Source: Escherichia coli (GTDB lineage: Bacteria > Pseudomonadota > Gammaproteobacteria > Enterobacterales > Enterobacteriaceae). Taken from it: 64,000 bases of DNA. Location of the stretch: the NCBI RefSeq assembly GCF_965641715.1, contig NZ_OZ282453.1; one strand, written 5' to 3'. The first letter of the stretch is position 1. Every line of letters starts with the position of its first letter. This document shows, piece by piece, positions 1 to 8,869 of this stretch. The notes under the pieces were generated by a model. That model ran no database searches, had not been told where the DNA came from, and saw only the letters and a program-made list of their open reading frames with translations. The translations under genes were made by a program, and so were the position numbers.

Positions 1-243
1 TTTTCAACATAAAGCTGGCGACACATAATGCGATGCCCACGACAGCGACGAGTTGCGTGACGGCTTGTAAAGGCCCCGCCTGGCGACGGGTCTGGCGCAG
101 ACGCAACAAAAGCAGCAACGCCATTAGCGGTAACAGCCAGTGCAGGCCGTTATGCGCTAAGCCAAACCAAATCACAAACGGCCAGGCGAGCAGCAATAAT
201 CCAGTCAGCAGCTTAATCATCGGTAGCGAGCGAATGCCCGACA
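1..243 (-). CDS. Membrane protein, C-terminally truncated by window edge (ATG at 243..241, reads MSGIRSLPMIKLLTGLLLLAWPFVIWF...); next gene after the tandem ACPs in the same operon
   Basis: Manual translation of minus strand; hydrophobic; starts 5 bp downstream of ACP stop; not in ORF track because it has no stop inside the window. Confidence 0.4.
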
Positions 244-248
244 TCAGA

Positions 249-500
249 TCAGGCTTCTTGTAGCAGGCGTTCTACAGCCTCGACGACATCCTGGACTGTA
301 CGCACGGCTTTAAACTCTTCCGGCTTGATTTTCTTACCGGTTTTCTTTTGCAGGTGCACAATCATGTCAACGGCGTCGATGCTGTCCAGTTCCAGATCTT
401 CGTACAGGCGCGCTTCAGGTTTGATGTCCTGCGGATCGATTTCAAACAGCTTAACCAGCAGGGCTGAGACTTCCTGATAGACGGTTTGTTGTTCTGTCAT
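249..500 (-). CDS. Acyl carrier protein (83 aa)
   Basis: ORF track; ACP-like size and LDSIDAVD phosphopantetheine-attachment motif. Confidence 0.8.
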   Translation of the reverse strand: MTEQQTVYQEVSALLVKLFEIDPQDIKPEARLYEDLELDSIDAVDMIVHLQKKTGKKIKPEEFKAVRTVQDVVEAVERLLQEA

Positions 501-511
501 GATGGCTTTCC

Positions 512-769
512 TCAGGCACGTTGCGCAGCAATGAAAGAGGCCAGAGTGGCGACGGAGAAAAAGTGCTGACGCATCTCTTCGCTTTCCGCAGAGAGCACGA
601 TGCCGTACTCATTTTTTACTGCCAGTCCCAGTTCCAGGGCATCGATAGAGTCCAGCCCTAAACCGTCGCCAAACAGCGGCGCGTCGGTATCGATATCATC
701 AGGCGTCAACTCGTCCAGATTGAGGGTGCTGATGATGAGGTTTTTAATTTCCAGATAAAGCGCTTGCAT
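512..769 (-). CDS. Acyl carrier protein (85 aa), tandem with the first
   Basis: ORF track; GLDSIDALEL serine motif typical of ACPs. Confidence 0.8.
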   Translation of the reverse strand: MQALYLEIKNLIISTLNLDELTPDDIDTDAPLFGDGLGLDSIDALELGLAVKNEYGIVLSAESEEMRQHFFSVATLASFIAAQRA

Positions 770-1565
770 TATTTATTCCTGAGAGAGGTAAACAACCTTG
801 TTGTAATTGAAGCAAAAGATGCCGGTTTAACTGCCTTGCTGCCAGCGCCGGTTCTTGTGAAGTTGCATCGTAAAATTTATTGATTTCAACCCGACCATGG
901 ACTGCAACCGTAAAAAACGGCCGGTCAGGTGGAACGTCATACCATTTACTTTGTTTATCCAGCAGATGCTCGCTACAGCCGATCGTCACGATGCGTAAAT
1001 CGCTGGCACAGCGCACGGCAATATTCGCCGCCCCGCGCTGCAGCGTCATTTTTTCACCGGGCTTCGTTCGCGTGCCTTCGGGGAAAATCAGGATAGTGTC
1101 ACCCTGTGCCAGTCGCTGTTGGCAGCGGGGTAACAGGGTTTCAGCTTCGCTGTTGATTAAATAATCTGCCGCCCGCACGACGCCGCCAAGAAAAGGATTT
1201 TTTAACAGCGCGCTTTTCACCAGGCAGTCAGTTTCTGGCATGACTGACGCCAGCAGCACGTAATCGATCAGCGTGGGATGATTGGCTACGACGAGGCAAC
1301 CGCGTTCCTGACGTAAAATTTCAGCGCCATCAATACGATAATCCAGCACGCCAAGCCCTTTCGCGACAGTTAAAAACAGGCGAAAACTGGCGGCAATGCT
1401 GCGACGCGCCAAACGACGGCGGCGGGAAGTATCCCACACCAAAACTAACAATATGTTAAACCACACGACAGAAAGCAGCAGGCCGCCGAGACCAAACAGG
1501 GCAAAACATAACCCGGTCATGACCAGTCGCCAGGTCCACTCCAGACGTGACATCAGCTTACTCAT
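744..1565 (-). CDS. Lysophospholipid (PlsC-type) acyltransferase
   Basis: ORF 744..1583; N-terminal TM segments; HX4D-type motif VVANHPTLIDYVLL; alternative ATG at 1565 gives an ATGA overlap with the upstream stop. Confidence 0.75.
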   Translation of the reverse strand: MSKLMSRLEWTWRLVMTGLCFALFGLGGLLLSVVWFNILLVLVWDTSRRRRLARRSIAASFRLFLTVAKGLGVLDYRIDGAEILRQERGCLVVANHPTLIDYVLLASVMPETDCLVKSALLKNPFLGGVVRAADYLINSEAETLLPRCQQRLAQGDTILIFPEGTRTKPGEKMTLQRGAANIAVRCASDLRIVTIGCSEHLLDKQSKWYDVPPDRPFFTVAVHGRVEINKFYDATSQEPALAARQLNRHLLLQLQQGCLPLSGINNASALSGN

Positions 1566-2308
1566 CTGTGGCTCCAGCGCCATTGCACGCGCTCGCCAGG
1601 CAGTGAAAATGTGTCTACATTTTGTAAATAGTGCTGTAAAAACAACATGCTTTGCGGCAGTGTTGTTTCATTGCCCGCAATGGCTGACTGCGTTTCACAT
1701 TGCCAGTCATCGCCAGCTTCAATCACCAGCGCGACGGCGTACGGCCAGGTCGGCATTTCTGCAGGCAGTTGTGGGTGATAAAACTCGGGCAGAAAACCGT
1801 CAAAATCGACCATCAGCACGCGCTGGTATCCCGCTTGTAACAGGCTAAGCACTTCACACAAACCTTGCTGGAAAGTGTCGCGACCAGCAGAAAGCGATGA
1901 CGAAACGATCGGCTGTTTGGCCGCAATGGTCAGGTTACCCACGGAAGAGTTGTGTACTGAAAGTGCAAAGTCGGTCGGAGAAAGCGCCTGTTCGGTTGCC
2001 AGTGCATGAACAATGCGGTAATTGCGCTCCAGTTCGCCATGACGACTGGTATACAAAACGGCGTCTGGCTGATGGCGGCGTAGCATTGCCAGACCGCATT
2101 CAACAGCCAGTTTGCTGCCTGAACTGAGGCGGCGGGCGGTCATCATTGGCAGTTCACTTAATTTTGCCAACGGCGCGGCAGGGTCAATCGCCCACGGCTG
2201 GCGCGACCATGCTTGCCATTGCTGCGCTTCGCTAAGTCCAGGCGCCAGTGCCTGCCAGTCGGTAATATTTAATGTAAATTTCATCAACGCGCGCCCGCGG
2301 TAAACCAA
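1562..2308 (-). CDS. Small ketosynthase-like protein, possible chain-length-factor-type subunit (248 aa)
   Basis: ORF track; size and operon position between a methyltransferase and acyltransferase/ACPs; domain call is by recollection of aryl-polyene clusters. Confidence 0.45.
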   Translation of the reverse strand: MVYRGRALMKFTLNITDWQALAPGLSEAQQWQAWSRQPWAIDPAAPLAKLSELPMMTARRLSSGSKLAVECGLAMLRRHQPDAVLYTSRHGELERNYRIVHALATEQALSPTDFALSVHNSSVGNLTIAAKQPIVSSSLSAGRDTFQQGLCEVLSLLQAGYQRVLMVDFDGFLPEFYHPQLPAEMPTWPYAVALVIEAGDDWQCETQSAIAGNETTLPQSMLFLQHYLQNVDTFSLPGERVQWRWSHR

Positions 2309-2324
2309 AATTATTAAGTGACGA

Positions 2325-3392
2325 TTATTTCTTTTGGCATATCAAAAGTGTATGCCCAACGCCTAAATTATCGTGGCGCTCTGCTACCTGGAATCCTGCT
2401 TTATTCAGATAGTCGTAAAATTTCTCTGCACTATAGAAACGGCTGTTACCGTTTGCCATGCAGGTAAAATAAAGTGAGGACGCGTTCAGGCTAAACGATG
2501 CTGCTTCAAACCGCTGCGCATCCCAGAACAACTCCATGATGCAAACTTTTGCGCCAGGCTTCATTACGCTGGCAATTTTGCTGAGTATGCTAATTATTTG
2601 TTCGGGTGAAAAACAGTCTAAAAATTGGCTCATCCACCAGATATCAGCCTCGCCCGGTAATGGGGCATCGCTTAGCATATCCACCGCATGGAAATCTATG
2701 CGATCAGAAAAACCTGCATTCGCGATATTTTCTTTCGCTAGTACGATTTGTTGTGGCAGATCTAATAACGTCACGGCGATGTTTTCATTGTATTTGCAGC
2801 AACGCAAAGCCCACTTACCCGTATTACCGCCTACATCGTACAATGTTGTGGGGTTGTTGGCGAATACATAAGGCAGTGCGGCGTTAAATGCGCCATCTGA
2901 ATAGTAATGATCAAACGCAAACCAGCTTTCACGAGCGGCGTCTGGTAATTGCGAAAGTGCCGGATATATCGTCGACCAGTCGCCAAATACTTTTAACCCG
3001 GAAGGTTTTCCTTCATTGAGTGAATCGGCGAGGAAGAAGAGCCCCTGGTAACAGACATCCTGGGTGAAATCCATATTCACGCGAGTCATAGTGTCATGCA
3101 GGAGGTAATGACCGATTTTCGCCAGGTAATAAATTCCCTCTTTACAGGTAATAATTCGCCCGCTTAAGCCCATATCTAACAGAACGCTGGCAGCATATTC
3201 GTTGATATGGCTATGTTCGGTGATATCAGCCAGCGTTGCGCCATGTTTGCCTTGCCGATCCAGATATGAAAGTACACCCGCATTACGTAGGCAGAGTGCT
3301 GTTTGAAAAAGCATAGGGGCAAAGGCAATGCGTTGAGCTTCGGTAATCGCATCCAGTGCGCTAAGAGAATCCTGTTCGTACATGTTGGGCAC
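2325..3392 (-). CDS. Class I SAM-dependent O-methyltransferase
   Basis: ORF track; glycine-rich SAM-binding motif LYDVGGNTGKWA and acidic LLDLP motif. Confidence 0.8.
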   Translation of the reverse strand: MPNMYEQDSLSALDAITEAQRIAFAPMLFQTALCLRNAGVLSYLDRQGKHGATLADITEHSHINEYAASVLLDMGLSGRIITCKEGIYYLAKIGHYLLHDTMTRVNMDFTQDVCYQGLFFLADSLNEGKPSGLKVFGDWSTIYPALSQLPDAARESWFAFDHYYSDGAFNAALPYVFANNPTTLYDVGGNTGKWALRCCKYNENIAVTLLDLPQQIVLAKENIANAGFSDRIDFHAVDMLSDAPLPGEADIWWMSQFLDCFSPEQIISILSKIASVMKPGAKVCIMELFWDAQRFEAASFSLNASSLYFTCMANGNSRFYSAEKFYDYLNKAGFQVAERHDNLGVGHTLLICQKK

Positions 3393-3451
3393 AACCTGTT
3401 AAGAGGGAATTAAATTATTATCGGACCGCAACGGCCCGACTTTAGGAAGAA

Positions 3452-3829
3452 TTATAAATCTGCGCCCGCTGACAAATTCAGTTGAATATCTTTGTCGAGA
3501 TTGCGGACCCAGCGATTGTAGTTTTTATGAATTTGTCCGCCTGACGCTTGTAGGTTCTGGCTATTTTCATAATTGATATCGTAGCTGGATGCCGTGTAGT
3601 TAATGCGTATTTCCGCTGAATGATCGCGTGACTGTTGACGTGCTTTAATTATGCCTTGTCCGGCTTCGGACATAATCCATTTGCGTTCAACGCCAGCTTT
3701 CAGAATCGCTTTTTTCACTTGTTCCTGGGTATGACCAGCGCTGACGGTTGAGTGAACCTGATCAATTGGCGCAGTACGCGCGCAACCTGCTAAAGCACCC
3801 ACAACAGCAATAGCCGCAAACCATTTCAT
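3452..3829 (-). CDS. Predicted lipoprotein of unknown function
   Basis: ORF 3452..3841; internal start MKWFAAIAVVGALAGC gives a signal peptide with lipobox LAGC. Confidence 0.55.
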   Translation of the reverse strand: MKWFAAIAVVGALAGCARTAPIDQVHSTVSAGHTQEQVKKAILKAGVERKWIMSEAGQGIIKARQQSRDHSAEIRINYTASSYDINYENSQNLQASGGQIHKNYNRWVRNLDKDIQLNLSAGADL

Positions 3830-4159
3830 GTAATGTCTCATTAGAACCCCATTAAAGTATTGTTTTTACGAGTAAAGCAAGATTTAACTGTAATTGCTGG
3901 CATCACTATTCTTTATTTAGAGAAAAAATTACTTGTGAGATAAGTCAGTAAGTGCACATCAGAGTAAAAATCTCTGAAATGACTAAATTACTGCCAGCAG
4001 GGACCAACTATAAGTGAGTGAGAAAAATGAGGCAATAAAAATAACACAATGTTATCAGTGCATTCTTTGAGAAGGATTTAATCGCTATTCGGCGTTTATA
4101 TATATTTGACTTAAGGAATGGTTTTTTTAAATTAATTTTCTGAATAATGTTTCATCATT

Positions 4160-4202
4160 TCCTCAAATCAAATGGCCACTGTTAGATAAACGGTGGCCAT
4201 TG
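4160..4202 (-). terminator. Hairpin (GGCCAC..GTGGCC) immediately downstream of yhhT
   Basis: Inverted repeat aatggccactgttagataaacggtggccatt read directly. Confidence 0.45.
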
Positions 4203-4220
4203 CCTGCTCAGGAGGTGCTA

Positions 4221-5270
4221 TTAACCCGGTAACCGACTTTTCGGTCTGCCCGGCCCCAGTAAAATCGCCAGTTTGCTACCGCCTTTGGTGGTTTCCATCC
4301 AGATTTTACACACGCTGGTTAATGGCACCGAAAGTAGCATCCCTACCGGGCCGAGCAGCCATCCCCAAATTAACAATGAAAGAAATACCACCATGGTGGA
4401 CATCCCCAGGCGATGGCCCATCATCCGTGGTTCTAAAATATTGCCGATAACCATATGGACAACTAAAAACAATGCGCCGACCAGAATACATTCGTAAACA
4501 CCATTAAACAGCAGCACCTGAATCATTGGCGGTACGGCGGAAATTACCGCGCCGATATTGGGCACGTAGTTGAGCAAAAACGCCAGTACTGCCCACATCA
4601 GCGCAAACTGCACCCCCATCAGCTCCAGCCCCAGCCAGACGATGACACCTGCCCATAAACTGAGTAGCGTCTTCAATGCAAGATAGTGCGAAACACCTTT
4701 TAAGGCGCGGTGTAGTCCGGCGATATGAATCTGTGGATTATCCAATGCAAAACGCATTTTGTAAGGGACGTGGCGCACTTCAAACAGCATAAAAACTACG
4801 GTCATCACCAGCAAAAGCACGCTCGCCATTGCCCCGGAAAGCCCGGTCATTAGCGCTGTGGTGAAGGTAACCACTTTTTCCGAGTCCATCCGCTGCAGCA
4901 TTCGCTCCGGCGACATATGCAAATTAAGAAAAGGCAACATCTCCTGCAATTTAAAAAGTTTGCGCGTCAGCTCCTTATTAAACTTCGGCAGCATAGAGAT
5001 AAATTCGTTAAACGATGCCGCCAGTACGCCGACCAGCGCGGTTAGTGTGATCAGCATCACCACCACCACAATCGTAATGGCAACGGGGCGTTTTACTCCC
5101 CGTCGAATAAACCAGGTAACGAGCGGGTTGAGGACGATGGCAAAAAACAGCGCCAGTAACAGCTGCACAATGATATCTGCCGCTGCGTGAATGCCCGCGA
5201 GGATCACTACCAGCGAGGCCAGCTTGAGCAGAATGTGCATGCCCGTTTTATCGGGTTGAGGGGTTTCCAT
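4221..5270 (-). CDS. yhhT: AI-2E/PerM-family membrane transporter
   Basis: ORF 4221..5351; start METPQPDKTG chosen to match the 349-aa K-12 protein. Confidence 0.9.
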   Translation of the reverse strand: METPQPDKTGMHILLKLASLVVILAGIHAAADIIVQLLLALFFAIVLNPLVTWFIRRGVKRPVAITIVVVVMLITLTALVGVLAASFNEFISMLPKFNKELTRKLFKLQEMLPFLNLHMSPERMLQRMDSEKVVTFTTALMTGLSGAMASVLLLVMTVVFMLFEVRHVPYKMRFALDNPQIHIAGLHRALKGVSHYLALKTLLSLWAGVIVWLGLELMGVQFALMWAVLAFLLNYVPNIGAVISAVPPMIQVLLFNGVYECILVGALFLVVHMVIGNILEPRMMGHRLGMSTMVVFLSLLIWGWLLGPVGMLLSVPLTSVCKIWMETTKGGSKLAILLGPGRPKSRLPG

Positions 5271-5401
5271 TGGGGCTTCCTTGTGACTTTTTGTATTAAG
5301 TGTAGCGGGAGTCACGCCAGCAATATTCTGATTCTTACTGCTGATTTTCACGTCAGCACGTGGTAAAAATGAAACACTGTTGTAAAAATGTGGTGATCCT
5401 C

Positions 5402-6619
5402 ATGCCCGAACCCGTAGCCGAACCCGCGCTAAACGGATTGCGCCTGAATTTGCGCATTGTCTCCATTGTCATGTTTAACTTCGCCAGCTACCTCACCATC
5501 GGGTTGCCGCTCGCTGTATTACCGGGCTATGTCCATGATGTGATGGGCTTTAGCGCTTTCTGGGCAGGATTGGTTATCAGCCTGCAATATTTTGCCACCT
5601 TGCTGAGCCGTCCTCATGCCGGACGTTACGCCGATTTGCTGGGCCCCAAAAAGATTGTCGTCTTCGGTTTATGCGGCTGCTTTTTGAGCGGTCTGGGATA
5701 TCTGACGGCAGGATTAACCGCCAGTCAGCCCGTCATCAGCCTGTTATTACTTTGCCTGGGACGCGTCATCCTTGGGATTGGGCAAAGTTTTGCCGGAACG
5801 GGATCGACCCTGTGGGGCGTTGGCGTGGTTGGCTCGCTGCATATCGGGCGGGTGATTTCGTGGAACGGCATTGTCACTTACGGGGCGATGGCGATGGGTG
5901 CGCCGTTAGGCGTCGTGTTTTATCACTGGGGCGGCTTGCAGGCGTTAGCGTTAATCATTATGGGCGTGGCGCTGGTGGCCATTTTGTTGGCGATCCCGCG
6001 TCCGACGGTAAAAGCCAGTAAAGGCAAACCGCTGCCGTTTCGCGCGGTGCTTGGGCGCGTCTGGCTGTACGGTATGGCGCTGGCGTTGGCTTCCGCCGGA
6101 TTTGGCGTCATCGCCACCTTTATCACGCTGTTTTATGACGCTAAAGGTTGGGACGGTGCGGCTTTCGCGCTGACGCTGTTTAGCTGTGCGTTTGTCGGTA
6201 CGCGTTTGTTATTCCCTAACGGCATTAACCGTATCGGCGGCTTAAACGTAGCGATGATTTGCTTTAGCGTTGAGATAATCGGCCTGCTACTGGTTGGCGT
6301 GGCGACTATGCCGTGGATGGCGAAAATCGGCGTCTTACTGGCGGGGGCCGGGTTTTCGCTGGTGTTCCCGGCATTGGGTGTAGTGGCGGTAAAAGCGGTT
6401 CCGCAGCAAAATCAGGGGGCGGCGCTGGCAACTTACACCGTATTTATGGATTTATCGCTTGGCGTGACTGGACCACTGGCTGGGCTGGTGATGAGCTGGG
6501 CGGGCGTACCGGTGATTTATCTGGCGGCGGCGGGACTGGTCGCAATCGCGTTATTACTGACGTGGCGATTAAAAAAACGGCCTCCGGAACACGTCCCTGA
6601 GGCCGCCTCATCATCTTAA
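5402..6619 (+). CDS. yhhS: MFS transporter
   Basis: ORF 5360..6619; start MPEPVAEP matches the 405-aa K-12 protein. Confidence 0.9.
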   Translation: MPEPVAEPALNGLRLNLRIVSIVMFNFASYLTIGLPLAVLPGYVHDVMGFSAFWAGLVISLQYFATLLSRPHAGRYADLLGPKKIVVFGLCGCFLSGLGYLTAGLTASQPVISLLLLCLGRVILGIGQSFAGTGSTLWGVGVVGSLHIGRVISWNGIVTYGAMAMGAPLGVVFYHWGGLQALALIIMGVALVAILLAIPRPTVKASKGKPLPFRAVLGRVWLYGMALALASAGFGVIATFITLFYDAKGWDGAAFALTLFSCAFVGTRLLFPNGINRIGGLNVAMICFSVEIIGLLLVGVATMPWMAKIGVLLAGAGFSLVFPALGVVAVKAVPQQNQGAALATYTVFMDLSLGVTGPLAGLVMSWAGVPVIYLAAAGLVAIALLLTWRLKKRPPEHVPEAASSS

Positions 6620-6622
6620 AAC

Positions 6623-7180
6623 TTACTGAATAACCAGCGTATTAATGATGTTTTCTGCGGTGGTCTGCGCTTTTTGCTGATCGTCAGCTGGCAGAGTAAT
6701 TTGCATGGTCAGCAGTTGATTACCCACGTTACCCAGAATAACGGAAGAGTACGCCGTCTGGCCTTTCGCGGAGATAATACTGTCTAACTGCTGCATTTTG
6801 TGACCTTTCAGCTCAATGGCTTTATTGGTTACCACTTGCAGCTGCGGATCGCGGCTACGTTGCTGATCTTCCAGACGCTTCGCCAGCACCGCCAGATCTT
6901 CTTTCGGATCATCGCCCATGATGACGATGACTGCTTTCTGCCCGGTGGCGTCGGACCAGACATGCATGTTATTGGCCTGCGTTCCCAGCTTACCGCTCTG
7001 GTCGGTCATATCCGCTGGCAGCGAGAAACTTAACTTGCCATCAAGCAGGTTGACGGGATTCCCGGTAGCGTTACTTTCCGCGACCGAACCCTGCGCCGTA
7101 GCGTTAGTGTCTTTATCATCACAGGCCGCAAGCCCCATAACCAGCAGGCCAATTCCGACATATTTAACCAGATTGCGCAT
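6623..7180 (-). CDS. dcrB: Periplasmic lipoprotein DcrB
   Basis: ORF 6623..7234; start [20 protein letters not shown] with lipobox. Confidence 0.9.
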
Positions 7181-7252
7181 TGACTTCTTCCTTTCGATAA
7201 ACGGCCATAACGGCTCATTCATCCATCTTATCACAACTCTGATAACGAACCT

Positions 7253-7918
7253 TTAACTCGCCTGCAAAGCGTTGATTTCGGATTTATCTGCCAGTCTTTT
7301 CAACAGCATATTGAGTAATACGCCATACATTGGCAGGAAGAAAACGATACTGATTAACACTTTGAAACAGTAATCGACCAGCGCGATTTCCATCCAGTGT
7401 TCAGCCATAAAGGCATCCGGGCTACGCCAGAAGGCAATGAAGAAAAAGGCCAGCGTGTCGCTGACGTTACCGAACAGTGTGGACGCTGTCGGTGCCAGCC
7501 ACCAGCGGCGACTCTGACGCAGGCGGTTAAAAACGTGCACGTCGAGGATCTGTCCCAGCGCGTAGGCCATGAAACTGGCGGTGGCGATACGGGCGACAAA
7601 CAGGTTGAAGTGAGCGAGTGCGCCGAATCCCTGCCAGGAGCCCATATAGAACAGCGACGAGATGACGTAGGAGATCAGCAACGCCGGGATCATCACCGCA
7701 AAGATGATACGACGGGCCAGCGGTGCGCCAAAAATACGCACGGTCAGGTCAGTAGCAAGGAAAATAAACGGAAAGCTAAACGCGCCCCAGGTGGTATGGA
7801 AACCAAAAATGGAGACGGGAAGCTGAACCAGATAGTTACTGGAGGTGATCACCAGAAGATGAAATAACGATAACCAGAACAACGCCTTATAGCGTTGCGT
7901 TTGCGAGAAAACGTTCAT
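7253..7918 (-). CDS. yhhQ: Queuosine-precursor transporter
   Basis: 221-aa membrane ORF, same length as K-12 YhhQ. Confidence 0.9.
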   Translation of the reverse strand: MNVFSQTQRYKALFWLSLFHLLVITSSNYLVQLPVSIFGFHTTWGAFSFPFIFLATDLTVRIFGAPLARRIIFAVMIPALLISYVISSLFYMGSWQGFGALAHFNLFVARIATASFMAYALGQILDVHVFNRLRQSRRWWLAPTASTLFGNVSDTLAFFFIAFWRSPDAFMAEHWMEIALVDYCFKVLISIVFFLPMYGVLLNMLLKRLADKSEINALQAS

Positions 7919-8138
7919 ATTGTACCTTTTTGATTAACCATTGGGGTGAGGGAACCCAATACGTACGACACGTCTGTTACCTTAACATAATAACGTGCTT
8001 ACCCTTTTTTCGAGCCGCCGCATGATACTGCTTTACGTTGACAATGCAATGGTTAATTTTCACGCAATCGTTAACCTGGTTTGCTTACGGACTCACAGGG
8101 CGTAAACTAGCGCCGTTTTTTTATGTGATGAGAAGAAA

Positions 8139-8384
8139 ATGACCGATCTCTTTTCCAGCCCTGACCACACTCTCGACGCACTTGGCCTGCGCTGCCCGGA
8201 ACCCGTAATGATGGTGCGCAAAACAGTGCGCAATATGCAGCCAGGTGAAACGTTGCTGATTATTGCTGACGATCCGGCGACGACCCGCGATATCCCTGGG
8301 TTTTGTACCTTTATGGAACACGAACTGGTTGCCAAAGAGACGGATGGACTGCCTTATCGTTATTTGATTCGTAAAGGTGGTTAA
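8139..8384 (+). CDS. tusA: Sulfur carrier protein TusA
   Basis: 81 aa with CPxP motif (LRCPEPV). Confidence 0.95.
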
Positions 8385-8394
8385 GGTGGATCAC

Positions 8395-8525
8395 GGACTG
8401 TTACCCTAACCCTCTCCCCAGAGGGGCGAGTGGACCGATCGCACTCAATGTTGCTGCTTGAAACCGGTACGTAGGACGGATAAGGCGTTCACGCCGCATC
8501 CGGCAAGCAAGTGTAATGGAATACA
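8395..8525. repeat. REP-type intergenic palindromic repeats
   Basis: gtaggacggataaggcgttcacgccgcatccggcaagc and ccctctccccagaggggcgag palindromes. Confidence 0.55.
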
Positions 8526-8528
8526 CAA

Positions 8529-8837
8529 ATGGATTATTTAATTCCTGTTTGCCTGGGATTGCTGGGATTGTTCGCGATGTTCGCCCCCAATTGGCTGATG
8601 CCTGTTTTAATCGCCGTGGGGGGATGGCTGGTGGTACTTGCCTGTGGTTGGCTCTGGCTAATGATTTTTTTACCTTTACTTAACGGCGTCGGGCTTGCTT
8701 ATGCCCTGTGGTTGATGTTCAAAAGGCCATCATTCACGTCCCGCCTGGTTGCTACATGTTGTGTTATCTCCGTCATTCTGATGTTAGCGCTATATTACAC
8801 TTTCCTGACCATGCCACCGTTCCCGGCCCAGCACTAA
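8529..8837 (+). CDS. Hypothetical small membrane protein (102 aa); may be non-coding
   Basis: ORF track only; very hydrophobic; sits between convergent tusA and zntA. Confidence 0.2.
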   Translation: MDYLIPVCLGLLGLFAMFAPNWLMPVLIAVGGWLVVLACGWLWLMIFLPLLNGVGLAYALWLMFKRPSFTSRLVATCCVISVILMLALYYTFLTMPPFPAQH

Positions 8838-8869
8838 CCCTGATAGCCAGAGGCTATCAGGCAACACCT

